Virus record (IMG/VR): IMGVR_UViG_3300032294_002710
Span: 1-64,000 of that record
Source: a virus
Reading direction: 5' to 3' (one strand)
DNA length: 64,000 nucleotides
Below, one piece after another: positions 9,001-18,243 of the stretch. A program made the position numbers and the translations under genes. Under the pieces are notes generated by a model, which was not told the origin of the DNA, searched no databases, and was given only the letters and a program-made list of their open reading frames with translations. Position 1 is the first letter of the stretch; each line of letters opens with the position of its first letter.

Positions 9001-11111
9001 ATTTTATTGTTATTTTTAAAAGGATTATTCCAATTTGAAAGAACATCATTTTTGTATCTATTTTGATATATCTTTTTCCTCCTTATATCTAATAATTGTG
9101 AATAATCAACACCTTCAACATATTCTAAACTTGTAAGTACTTCATTTATTTTACTTCTGAAATATTCATCTGTTGTTTCATAATATTCCTCAACCATCTG
9201 TTTGAATTCATTTTTTTGAAAAATAGCACACATATCTATTATAGTCATAACTGTATCATCATGTGAGGATCCATCAGCTGCATATCTTACATTTCCAGCA
9301 TTTGTGGTGTGTTTTATGAATGTTGTCATCTCAGATATATTTGTCTCATTTGTTATTATTATCGATCTTTCTTCCATTTTATCCTGGTACTCTTTGACCA
9401 ATAGATTTTTATTTTCACCTACTTTAAGACCTATTTTTTCCTCTAATGCGTCAGATCTATGCTTAAATCTAAAGAAAATTGAAGAACCGTAGTCATTCCT
9501 ACCATCAAATACATGTGGAAGATGTGCTAACAATTCATTTCCGTAGGTATTAATTTCTAATACAATTTTAACATTATCCGGATTTAGATATTCAAATGAT
9601 ATTAGGTAGAGTAGTTCAGCCAGTTGTTGAACAGAAATTAAGTTACTTCTAAAAATGCCTATTTGTTCTAGTCTAAAAAGATCAATTATAGACTTATACT
9701 TATGTTTCTGCTTTTCTATTAGATCTAATGGTTTTTGTGATATTTTAAAAATATTTATAACTGTTGAGTCTTGTCCAAGTCCTTCCGCGACATCAACTGA
9801 TATTATTATTTTATAATTTTTTCTATTTAATGGGATAAATGTATCATCATCTTGAATCCATTTTAAGTCTTGATATGAGAATTTTAGCTTTCCTTCTAAT
9901 TCATCTAAAAGCTCCCATTCGTAATTCTTTTTATTTTTAGTTAGTTCGTCGATTAGTGGCTCACTCAATAGACTTCTAGAAGAATTAATAAATCTCAAGT
10001 CATATTCTTGGTTAAATGCTTCTTCACCACCTATATCCTTTATCGTTTCTTTTTTCCATGTTGTTATGTCGGAAAATTCTAAAAATCTAATATCATTAAA
10101 TGACTCTGCTAAAATATCTTCTTCAGTACAATCTGAATTATTAAGTGTTGTTATAACCCATTTTTTTAATTCATCATTATATTTTAATGAGTGTTCATTT
10201 TTAGAATATTTTGATTTTAAATATTCTAAAACATCTTCTTTTTTAATATTAAATTCTTCTAATTTTTTACTATTCAATCGAATAAAGGTTGCGAATCTCT
10301 TAGGAACTTGCCACCAATACACTCTCTTTGCGCAGTATGATGATTTTTCACCTTCCGGTTTTTCTGCATCACTTAATAATTTGTGAAATAAATTAAATCC
10401 GTTAGGTGTCGATGTTATAATAATTTTTGAATTCTCAATGTTTGATACGGTTGGAAAAACCGATTTATAAAACTTATCAGCTATATTATCTGGAAGATAA
10501 GCAAACTCATCTAAGTAAAGAAAGTCAGCAGTTTGACCTATTGAGGATGTCTTTGTTGTTGCGAATCCTTTAATTCTACTTTTATTTTCAAATACCATGA
10601 ATTTTTGATTCCAGTTTATTATTCCCTGTTGTAAAAAGAACGGTAGCCTTTGATATATCTCTCTTATTTTATCTAATACTTCAACTGCGGTATCCAATTT
10701 ATTGGCTGTTACTAAAACATTCTTATTATTGTTAAAAAGAACATAGTGTAACATCATTATCGATGAGCATATTGTTTTACCTATCTGGCGACTAGCCATT
10801 AGTATGTTAAATCTATTATTGAAAAAGTTATCAAGAATTTCATTTTGATAATCTCTTAGTGGTATTATTATTGGTTGTCCTTCTTCTCCTTTTATATAAC
10901 AATAAGTTGCTGCGAAATAGTGTATATCTAAAGCGCACTTTATATACTCTTCTTGTTCATCTGGTGACATTTTAAATGTTAATCCAGATGTTCTAAGTCC
11001 AACAACTTTTTCAAAGAACGGATTTTCTAATCTACTTAATATGAATCCGTTATTAATTTTTTCTGTCGCTTCTTCTACCATTTTGGTAGTCCATATAATC
11101 TGCCTTGACAT
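8997..11111 (-). CDS. terL: Terminase large subunit (T4 gp17-like)
   Basis: LRDYQ, Walker A SRQIGKT, Walker B YLDEFAY, TSTPNG, nuclease VDVAEG and HDDTVM. Probable start MSRQIIW at 11111. Confidence 0.95.
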   Translation of the reverse strand: MSRQIIWTTKMVEEATEKINNGFILSRLENPFFEKVVGLRTSGLTFKMSPDEQEEYIKCALDIHYFAATYCYIKGEEGQPIIIPLRDYQNEILDNFFNNRFNILMASRQIGKTICSSIMMLHYVLFNNNKNVLVTANKLDTAVEVLDKIREIYQRLPFFLQQGIINWNQKFMVFENKSRIKGFATTKTSSIGQTADFLYLDEFAYLPDNIADKFYKSVFPTVSNIENSKIIITSTPNGFNLFHKLLSDAEKPEGEKSSYCAKRVYWWQVPKRFATFIRLNSKKLEEFNIKKEDVLEYLKSKYSKNEHSLKYNDELKKWVITTLNNSDCTEEDILAESFNDIRFLEFSDITTWKKETIKDIGGEEAFNQEYDLRFINSSRSLLSEPLIDELTKNKKNYEWELLDELEGKLKFSYQDLKWIQDDDTFIPLNRKNYKIIISVDVAEGLGQDSTVINIFKISQKPLDLIEKQKHKYKSIIDLFRLEQIGIFRSNLISVQQLAELLYLISFEYLNPDNVKIVLEINTYGNELLAHLPHVFDGRNDYGSSIFFRFKHRSDALEEKIGLKVGENKNLLVKEYQDKMEERSIIITNETNISEMTTFIKHTTNAGNVRYAADGSSHDDTVMTIIDMCAIFQKNEFKQMVEEYYETTDEYFRSKINEVLTSLEYVEGVDYSQLLDIRRKKIYQNRYKNDVLSNWNNPFKNNNKI

Positions 11112-11169
11112 AATTTTTAATTTTTTTAAAAAAATCCACAAAGAGTGAATTTTTAGTATATATAGTACT

Positions 11170-11781
11170 ATGAGTGCTACGATGTCTAAAGTTGAAAAAG
11201 AACACAATAGAATAAACGACGAATTTGACTTAATACAAGAGGAAAATAGAGAGTTTGATATATCAAGTCATTTGGCTAAAATTGACGATCTTCCAGATCT
11301 AGGTCAGATAGAGTTATATGATTATGATTCCGATCTAACTGTAGTTACACAAAAGGGTATGGAAGTAATAGAGTCACTTGTTGACCTCTATCTAAGTGAG
11401 TTTGGTGATCTTAAAAGCCATCCTTATATAAGAAATAAGGTTAGAGAGGATGCTATGGTCTATGCAGAGACTCTTTTCCTTTCAAAAATGACTAGAAAGA
11501 ACTTTTTAACTCAAATGAGACAAGTTGATAATGGTGATAACTCAGCTAGAATGCACGAAGTCATTAATCAAACCATAAGGGAGATAAGAGAGAATTCTAA
11601 ATTTTCATCTTCACAGAGAACAGAACTCGAAGAATATTATAAAAAGTTCAGACAAGACCTTAGTGAGGTGGCCTCTTCTATGAAGATGGAAGCTGGTTGT
11701 AAAGAAGATGATGGTCAAATTGTTGATAATAAAAAGCTAAATGATCTAATTAGCGAGGCGATGAAGAAGAAAAGGGGTTAA
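11170..11781 (+). CDS. Hypothetical helical protein divergent from terminase (possible small terminase)
   Basis: Position next to terL and TATATA late motif 5 nt upstream; no diagnostic motif. Confidence 0.4.
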   Translation: MSATMSKVEKEHNRINDEFDLIQEENREFDISSHLAKIDDLPDLGQIELYDYDSDLTVVTQKGMEVIESLVDLYLSEFGDLKSHPYIRNKVREDAMVYAETLFLSKMTRKNFLTQMRQVDNGDNSARMHEVINQTIREIRENSKFSSSQRTELEEYYKKFRQDLSEVASSMKMEAGCKEDDGQIVDNKKLNDLISEAMKKKRG

Positions 11782-12613
11782 AGTTTTCAAAGCTTTTTAT
11801 TAAATTAGAAAATTCTAATTGTACAGAAGACTCTTTAAACTTATTAGCCTTATTGTTTGTAAACTCTTTAATGTTTAAAATCTTGTCACTATTTTGAACT
11901 TTTAATTTTATTGATTCTTTAATAGACTTTTCAGTATTCATTGTGAACTTTTCAAAAATTTCATTTATATCTAATGATAGTTTTGTTGATAGCGAGCTAT
12001 CATCATAATAAAATATCTCTGAATACTCATCAATATTCTCATCAATGAACTTATCACCATCTACTTTAAGACCAACAAGATGTTGTAGTATTATTTTATT
12101 CTTTATGAACGCCATTTTATCTTCATCTTTATTAAAGAATGTCTCCGATAAATAGTAGAAGTTTTTAATTTTTAAACCAATTTTCTCAAATTCTTCTTCA
12201 AGCTTTAAAATCTGACTTTTAAAGTTTTCTTTAGTATTTTTTGAGCAAAAGATATAAATATCATCATTGGTATTTACGATGTTTTTTAAAATAGATAAAT
12301 CTATTTCAAATTTAACATTTTCAATTAACTCTGGGTTTAAAAATTCCTGGAATGATATTCCTAAATTTGAAATATCAGACTTGTGCTTCTTTACTTTTGA
12401 CTTTAATTTGTTCATAAAGTCATTTGATAGATAAAAAGTTTTACCATTAAATGACATTTTATTGTTTTGACTTTTTAGTATGCCGGATTTAAATACTGAT
12501 AAGTCCGAATTATCAATTTTCAATATTGGAATATTGGGATTACTTTTATCTACAATCCAGGCTTTTGAATCGTTCTTAATTAGAATATCTAAGTCAATAA
12601 AGTGAGATTTCAT
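11750..12613 (-). CDS. Hypothetical protein, degenerate HAD-like
   Basis: FIDLD near the N-terminus and FYYDD near the C-terminus. Confidence 0.45.
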   Translation of the reverse strand: MKSHFIDLDILIKNDSKAWIVDKSNPNIPILKIDNSDLSVFKSGILKSQNNKMSFNGKTFYLSNDFMNKLKSKVKKHKSDISNLGISFQEFLNPELIENVKFEIDLSILKNIVNTNDDIYIFCSKNTKENFKSQILKLEEEFEKIGLKIKNFYYLSETFFNKDEDKMAFIKNKIILQHLVGLKVDGDKFIDENIDEYSEIFYYDDSSLSTKLSLDINEIFEKFTMNTEKSIKESIKLKVQNSDKILNIKEFTNNKANKFKESSVQLEFSNLIKSFENFNPFSSSSPR

Positions 12614-12626
12614 AAACTTATATATT

Positions 12627-12657
12627 AAAAAACCCGTTTGAAAACAAACGGGTTTTT
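12627..12657. terminator. Intrinsic terminator
   Basis: AAAAACCCGTTTG-aaaa-CAAACGGGTTTTT. Confidence 0.8.
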
Positions 12658-12661
12658 AATT

Positions 12662-13111
12662 TTAGGCTATATTTTTATCAAGTGCAAACTCATATAAGAT
12701 GGGTAAACTAATATATTTTAGAAATCCTTCTCTAATATCGTTCATAGTTTTTGACTTTTTTATAATATTAAATACTGTTATTCCAAATTCTTCCTGAAAG
12801 TCTAAACTACACTCCATCCATTGTTTTTTATAATTATTCATAACTTTCCATTCGTAGTCACCTCCTGTTAGCCAATAAAGTGCTAATTCCGGTTTTATAT
12901 TATAATAGTCAATTTCTTTTAGTTCCAATTGCCAAAATTTATCATTATTTTTATTTTTATAAGTCATCATAATAGCAACAGCCTCTGAGATATCTGTAGT
13001 TATATCACTACCTATTTCAAAATAATACTGATCACCTTCTTTGTCTATTTTGATAAAACTATCAGACCAGAAGTTGAATTTTCTCATAAGGTCTACTTTT
13101 TTTCTTTTCAT
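12662..13111 (-). CDS. Hypothetical protein
   Basis: 149-aa ORF in a co-oriented cluster. Confidence 0.55.
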   Translation of the reverse strand: MKRKKVDLMRKFNFWSDSFIKIDKEGDQYYFEIGSDITTDISEAVAIMMTYKNKNNDKFWQLELKEIDYYNIKPELALYWLTGGDYEWKVMNNYKKQWMECSLDFQEEFGITVFNIIKKSKTMNDIREGFLKYISLPILYEFALDKNIA

Positions 13112-13133
13112 AAATGAAAAATTATTTTTTATA

Positions 13134-13424
13134 TCAATTTTGATTAATCTTTAAACCGCTTTTCCAATTTCCTTTAAAATCACCTCCTTCAAATATTCCA
13201 TTATTCCAATTACCGTGAAATTCACCATCTTTAAAGATGCCATATTTCCAATTGCCAAAAAAATATCCAGAATGCCATATAATAGTATTATTTTTTAATT
13301 CTATTTTAGCATTCTCTATTTCAGAATCAATTATCCAGTAAAATTTATTTGAGCTTAATATTTGATCTATTTTATTCTGATCCTTTATAGACTTACCATC
13401 TATCAATAATTCTTTGTACCTCAT
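13134..13424 (-). CDS. Small protein with G-x-[WF] pentapeptide-like repeats
   Basis: GNWKYGIFKDGEFHGNWNNGIFEGGDFKGNWKSG. Confidence 0.55.
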   Translation of the reverse strand: MRYKELLIDGKSIKDQNKIDQILSSNKFYWIIDSEIENAKIELKNNTIIWHSGYFFGNWKYGIFKDGEFHGNWNNGIFEGGDFKGNWKSGLKINQN

Positions 13425-13495
13425 ATGTTAAATTAAAACTTGAGGTATATATTCAGTCTAAATTTACAATTAAATATCTTGGTGGATTTTTTAGC

Positions 13496-13521
13496 AAAAA
13501 AAAACCCTGACAGGGTTTTTT
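13496..13521. terminator. Intrinsic terminator
   Basis: A-tract-CCCTG-a-CAGGG-T-tract. Confidence 0.65.
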
Positions 13522-13870
13522 ATTTTAAGTTGTCAAGAAATTCTTTTTCATTGGGTTTCAATGATTCGATTCCATATGTTGAGATTTTCTCAAGAATGGT
13601 ATCTAAATCCAATACTTTTGGTTGTTTAGGTACATCAACTGAAACCATCTCTGATAAGTCTTTTGAAAATTCGTCTGTGAAGCGAACTGTATCATCCTTC
13701 TTCATTGTGAAGGCAAATATTTTCATAGTGTCTTTGTTAATCCAGATTTTTGCAAATCCTTGATTTTTTGTCGATAAGAGAACTTGATATTCAAATCCAT
13801 GAATATCACAAACTTCTTTCAACTTAATATGATTAAACATTCTTAAATCTATACAAATGGTGTTGTTCAT
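13520..13870 (-). CDS. Hypothetical protein with C-terminal DUF6576-like helical hairpin
   Basis: LDTILEKISTYGIESLKPNEKEFL resembles the C-terminal domain of Bacteroidota rhomboid proteases. Confidence 0.5.
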   Translation of the reverse strand: MNNTICIDLRMFNHIKLKEVCDIHGFEYQVLLSTKNQGFAKIWINKDTMKIFAFTMKKDDTVRFTDEFSKDLSEMVSVDVPKQPKVLDLDTILEKISTYGIESLKPNEKEFLDNLK

Positions 13871-13955
13871 ATCTCTTATTTTATATAAATATACGAATAA
13901 TATATTGATTTGTCAAATTTATTTTTTATATATAAGAAAAGTTTTAAAAATATTT

Positions 13956-16900
13956 ATGAGAAAAATATTAACAAGAAAGGAGTATTTATCTGAATTAACT
14001 GAAAAGTATTATACCAGTCATACTGGATATAGTGTAATAAATGAAGAAGCTCCTATGGCTAATGATATTCCTTGGGGTGACTCACTTGTTGGTAGATTAA
14101 TAAACTCATTCGCTAGAAAATCTAAAATAGCCTTTAATAAAAGAAGAATAAGTGGACTAGTTACTGGATTGAAGGCTTTATTTGAGGAGATGTTAGTAAC
14201 TGGAACCATTCAAATGCCTGAAGAAAGTCTTAGAAGAATTGAGACATCAAACTTACTAGGTATTTTAGTAGAACAAGTTGAATCTGGAGAAGATGTTAAT
14301 GTCTTGATTGACACATCAACACAAATAAGAGAAAAGGTAATAGATTGGAACCCTGATAATAAAGATGTGATGATTAAGGCAATTGATGACTTTTTGGAGT
14401 ATCTAAGAGGACTTAAAACAGGTGATTCTGTAGATGATGAGACACCTGAAGAAGAAGGTGAGAGTCAAGATCCAAATAAGATATTTTATCAAAATTCTAG
14501 AAACCTATTACAATCGGTAGTTGATTTGCATATGATGATCTCACAAAATGTTGTTAGAATTGGTGGTGGTCAAGAATCCTATGATAATAAAATTAATGCT
14601 GCCAAATCTAGGTTAAAAGTTGGTAGTGAATATATTTATACGAATTCTAAGGGAGAAAAGATTAGATGTATGCTATTGAGTTTGAAAAATCAGATTCAAA
14701 GAAGTGCTGATAAAAAATGGTTAACTAAAGACGATATTATAGGAGATAAATTGAACTCTGATCAAGCTTGTGTTGTTTATAAGAGAGATAAAGATGGTAA
14801 TGATGTTCAAGACTATAATAAGGTATATAATAGTCAGGTTGTTGAATTATTAAAACTTTACCCTATTGGTGGTAAAGAGCCTGGTAAAGTAGAAAAGCCT
14901 GGTGAGAATGTATCTACAAATTTTAATAAAGAAAAGTATTTAGATTTAGAAAAGAAATACCTTTCTTCTAAAAACTATGAGATTCTTAAAAATCTTATAA
15001 AAATGGGTGGACAAGCTGTTAATGTATTTAATGCTAAAGATGATAAGCAGAATGTTAAGTTTTATACAGATAAGACAAATAACTATTTATCTTCATTGAT
15101 TAAAATGCAGGCGAAGAGCTACGGTATAAGCACTCAAGTTACTAAAGATATTAAGCAGCCAAATGGTACTACTATAAAGAAAAATACTGGTCAAAGTAAA
15201 GACATAAAGACTTTAAAGGATGAAATATCAAAAGCTTCAAAAGGTTCTTGGTCTGTAGATCTTCCTTTAGGTAAGTCATCTGGTAAAGTATCACAACCAC
15301 CTTCTGGGGTTGGAACTATGCAAAAGGCTAGTTATGATATCGAGTTCGACTTCGATTATATTTTTGAAGCAGAGGCTAATTTACAAAAAGAGGAATCTCA
15401 AGCAAAAAATGCTTGGAAAAAAATTGTAAATTCTTATAATCAATCAAAAATATCTTCTTTAATTCCAGAAATTGAAAAATTATTGAAAGTCTCTATTAAG
15501 GACGGTAAAGATGAGTATAAAAAGGCTAAGAGTTTAATAACCACACTTTGTAAGCAAATAGTTCTTAATAAATCTACTGTTGGTAAGCCTATATCATTTG
15601 AAGATTTAGTTAAAGAAGATTTAAATATTAATGATACCTCTAAGTCTATATCACTTATGGGAAGAGTTATTTTATCTCTTAAAGAAGATATGGGACTTGT
15701 CGGTTCATTTGGTAGTGCTATTAAGCCTTTAAAAACTTTTATAACATCTTTTGGAGAACTTGAAAAAAATATTTCAAAAATATCAACTGAAAAGAAGGAA
15801 TCGCTTCATAGATATACAGATTTTTCTATAATATTGGAAAGAAATGAATTTTCTGAAGATATTAAAAACAAATTTGATGAGATATTTACTAATGATATTA
15901 AGACTTACTTCGAAATACAAACTAGTGAAGTAGATGAAATAAAAAATTCAGCTAAGGAAACACCTGGTGGTGAGTTGTTATTTACAACAAGTGATCCTAT
16001 AATTGAGATTGTTAGATTATTTCACAGAGCAAATAGAATACACACTCCTGGTGTTATACCTTCTGGTAGAACAGGTGGTAAAGTATCAAACTCAGTTTTT
16101 AGAGAATATGAAGACTTAGGAGCTGGTGGTGGTACACCTGAGGCACCTGGTAGAGGACCTTATAGAAATATTGAACTATATGATTCGTGGTTTAATGCCG
16201 TTCAAGATATTTTATCAGATACAAAGTATCGTCCAATTTTTAGTGAAAAAACCGTTTTCCAGTTTAAGAATGAAGAGACTGGAGGAGAAGGTGATAAAAT
16301 TGAAAAAGGTGGTAAAATATTATTAAGATTTATTAATAATTTACTCTCAGATTCTAAGATGTATAATGGTGGTGCTATTAATACTTTTATAGAGGAGTAT
16401 TTTAAATTAAAAGGTGGAATTTCTAAAGAGAAACAAGCATATCCTTCATATAAAAAAGATATAGATGTAAACGAAGACAATTCCGAAGGTGTTGTTCTTA
16501 CTGATGTTAAGTATGTTAAGTCATCGCCTGCTGGGTCTATTAAAGATATCAATACCGATGATTTATATAAGTTATTTATTGGACCAGAAAGTGGTGATAA
16601 TGAAAATTTGGCATTCAAATTGGTTGGTAAGACCGATGAGGGTAAAGATTTTCAATGGTATTGTATATTTAAGGAATATATAAATCAATATCCAGTATTT
16701 ATTTTCTCATTGGGTAATTTTCCTTCTGATCTATCAAGGATAAATGGAATACCAAAATCAACAATACCAACAACTGCTTATCTAGCTTCGTTGCCGAAAT
16801 TCACCGGAGCTACTCAAAGACTAAAGGTTGGTGAGAAAATTGCAATAAGAATGGTCGATTTAAAGACACCACAGCAAGAAAAAGTAAATTCTGGTAAGGG

Positions 16901-17054
16901 TAAAGATCGAATAGAAGTATCTATTACTAAACTGGAAATACTATGTAATAACAATTCTGAAAAATATTTAGAACTAACAAACTATTCTCCAAGTTTGAAG
17001 TCGGTTATATCTAGTGGATACGATGCTGCTAAAAATTTAGTTACAAGAAAGTGA
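13956..17054 (+). CDS. Large probable internal virion protein
   Basis: Likely start MRKILTRKEYLSE at 13956 after a TATATA motif; several internal [ILV]-x-E sites. Confidence 0.55.
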   Translation: MRKILTRKEYLSELTEKYYTSHTGYSVINEEAPMANDIPWGDSLVGRLINSFARKSKIAFNKRRISGLVTGLKALFEEMLVTGTIQMPEESLRRIETSNLLGILVEQVESGEDVNVLIDTSTQIREKVIDWNPDNKDVMIKAIDDFLEYLRGLKTGDSVDDETPEEEGESQDPNKIFYQNSRNLLQSVVDLHMMISQNVVRIGGGQESYDNKINAAKSRLKVGSEYIYTNSKGEKIRCMLLSLKNQIQRSADKKWLTKDDIIGDKLNSDQACVVYKRDKDGNDVQDYNKVYNSQVVELLKLYPIGGKEPGKVEKPGENVSTNFNKEKYLDLEKKYLSSKNYEILKNLIKMGGQAVNVFNAKDDKQNVKFYTDKTNNYLSSLIKMQAKSYGISTQVTKDIKQPNGTTIKKNTGQSKDIKTLKDEISKASKGSWSVDLPLGKSSGKVSQPPSGVGTMQKASYDIEFDFDYIFEAEANLQKEESQAKNAWKKIVNSYNQSKISSLIPEIEKLLKVSIKDGKDEYKKAKSLITTLCKQIVLNKSTVGKPISFEDLVKEDLNINDTSKSISLMGRVILSLKEDMGLVGSFGSAIKPLKTFITSFGELEKNISKISTEKKESLHRYTDFSIILERNEFSEDIKNKFDEIFTNDIKTYFEIQTSEVDEIKNSAKETPGGELLFTTSDPIIEIVRLFHRANRIHTPGVIPSGRTGGKVSNSVFREYEDLGAGGGTPEAPGRGPYRNIELYDSWFNAVQDILSDTKYRPIFSEKTVFQFKNEETGGEGDKIEKGGKILLRFINNLLSDSKMYNGGAINTFIEEYFKLKGGISKEKQAYPSYKKDIDVNEDNSEGVVLTDVKYVKSSPAGSIKDINTDDLYKLFIGPESGDNENLAFKLVGKTDEGKDFQWYCIFKEYINQYPVFIFSLGNFPSDLSRINGIPKSTIPTTAYLASLPKFTGATQRLKVGEKIAIRMVDLKTPQQEKVNSGKGKDRIEVSITKLEILCNNNSEKYLELTNYSPSLKSVISSGYDAAKNLVTRK

Positions 17055-17536
17055 AAAATTTAAAAACATACGAGAGTTTTTTTTCGGGCTTATTTGGAAA
17101 AAATAAGAACAGAAAGAGTAATGGATCTATTTTATCTAATATTTTTAATAAGGAGGATGATGATCTAGCAAAAAAAGTTTTGAAATCATTGGAGGATAGT
17201 ATTGAATCTACAGATAATAATTCTGGAATTATTGGTGATGTACAGAGATATGCCGACTATAAAAGATCCGTTAAGTTTAAATCTAAAGATGGTAAGATAC
17301 ATACTATCTCAATTCAGAAAAGCAAGCATCCTAGAAGGTTTACAACAAAATCATTTATAGGACTTAACTCCGGTGAGAATTATATATTGATCATAGATGG
17401 TAAACATTTTATAGATAGAAACTCAAATAAAAGTACTGTATCTCAAAGTGTATCAAAAAAGATTTGGAATTTGTTAGATCAACATTCCGATAAAAAGTTG
17501 ATTGATAAGGAAAACCTTATGAAAAGTTTCGACTAA
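17051..17536 (+). CDS. Hypothetical protein with N-terminal capsid-targeting-like peptide
   Basis: GTG start overlapping the upstream TGA; MKNLKTYESF. Confidence 0.55.
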   Translation: MKNLKTYESFFSGLFGKNKNRKSNGSILSNIFNKEDDDLAKKVLKSLEDSIESTDNNSGIIGDVQRYADYKRSVKFKSKDGKIHTISIQKSKHPRRFTTKSFIGLNSGENYILIIDGKHFIDRNSNKSTVSQSVSKKIWNLLDQHSDKKLIDKENLMKSFD

Positions 17537-17554
17537 TTTTTTGATATATAGAGT

Positions 17555-18178
17555 ATGAGATATCTTAAAAAGTTTCAATTATTTTTAGAAGCAGAAGAAT
17601 TAGAGAGATCTGATGATATTAAGTCGGTCCCTGATGATAAAACCTTAGACTCATCCACTGATAATGCTCAAAAAAATGCCTTAATGGAGGTTGAAAAGAA
17701 TTTAAAAGACTTTCAAAATAGAAGGCAGAAAATGGAAAATATTTTCAATGATAAAAAAATAGTTTCAGATTCTGACTTGGAAAAAGAGCTAATGAATGGG
17801 GTCTATGATAATAAAAAAAATAATAGAGAAAGAAATAGATTTTTGAAAGACTTTGAATCTGTTCTTAGAAGTGAGAGAAGAAAGAAAAATCTTGAACAAT
17901 CTATTTCCAAAGATCAAGATAGCCTTAAATCCACTAATGATGAGATAAGCAGATTAAATGATGAGATGAAGATGGATTTGAGTGATAAAAGAAAAGAAGA
18001 ATTAATAATTAGTCTTAAAAAAAATGAGGATAGACTAAAAGAACTCAAGGATAATATACTTAAAAATCAGCAGATTCTAAAAAGAGACATTGTGGTCTGG
18101 CAAAAGAAAAGGGAAGATTTTAAAAAGGATATGAAAGATGAAGAGGAGAGAATAAAAAAACTGTCCACTAAAATATAA
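17555..18178 (+). CDS. Coiled-coil protein with N-terminal capsid-targeting-like peptide
   Basis: MRYLKKFQLFLE followed by charged heptad repeats. Confidence 0.6.
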   Translation: MRYLKKFQLFLEAEELERSDDIKSVPDDKTLDSSTDNAQKNALMEVEKNLKDFQNRRQKMENIFNDKKIVSDSDLEKELMNGVYDNKKNNRERNRFLKDFESVLRSERRKKNLEQSISKDQDSLKSTNDEISRLNDEMKMDLSDKRKEELIISLKKNEDRLKELKDNILKNQQILKRDIVVWQKKREDFKKDMKDEEERIKKLSTKI

Positions 18179-18243
18179 AAATAGAAAAAAATTGATTTTT
18201 TCTTTTAATATATAAAACATAAAATAAAAAATAATTAAAAAAT

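Noticed and set aside
10060-10300. Intein or intron in the terminase
   Set aside because: The frame is continuous, with no Cys/Ser start, no His-Asn end and no endonuclease motifs; treated as a domain insertion.
11130-11140. DnaA box/origin
   Set aside because: AAATCCACA only partly matches TTATCCACA and the copies are isolated rather than clustered.
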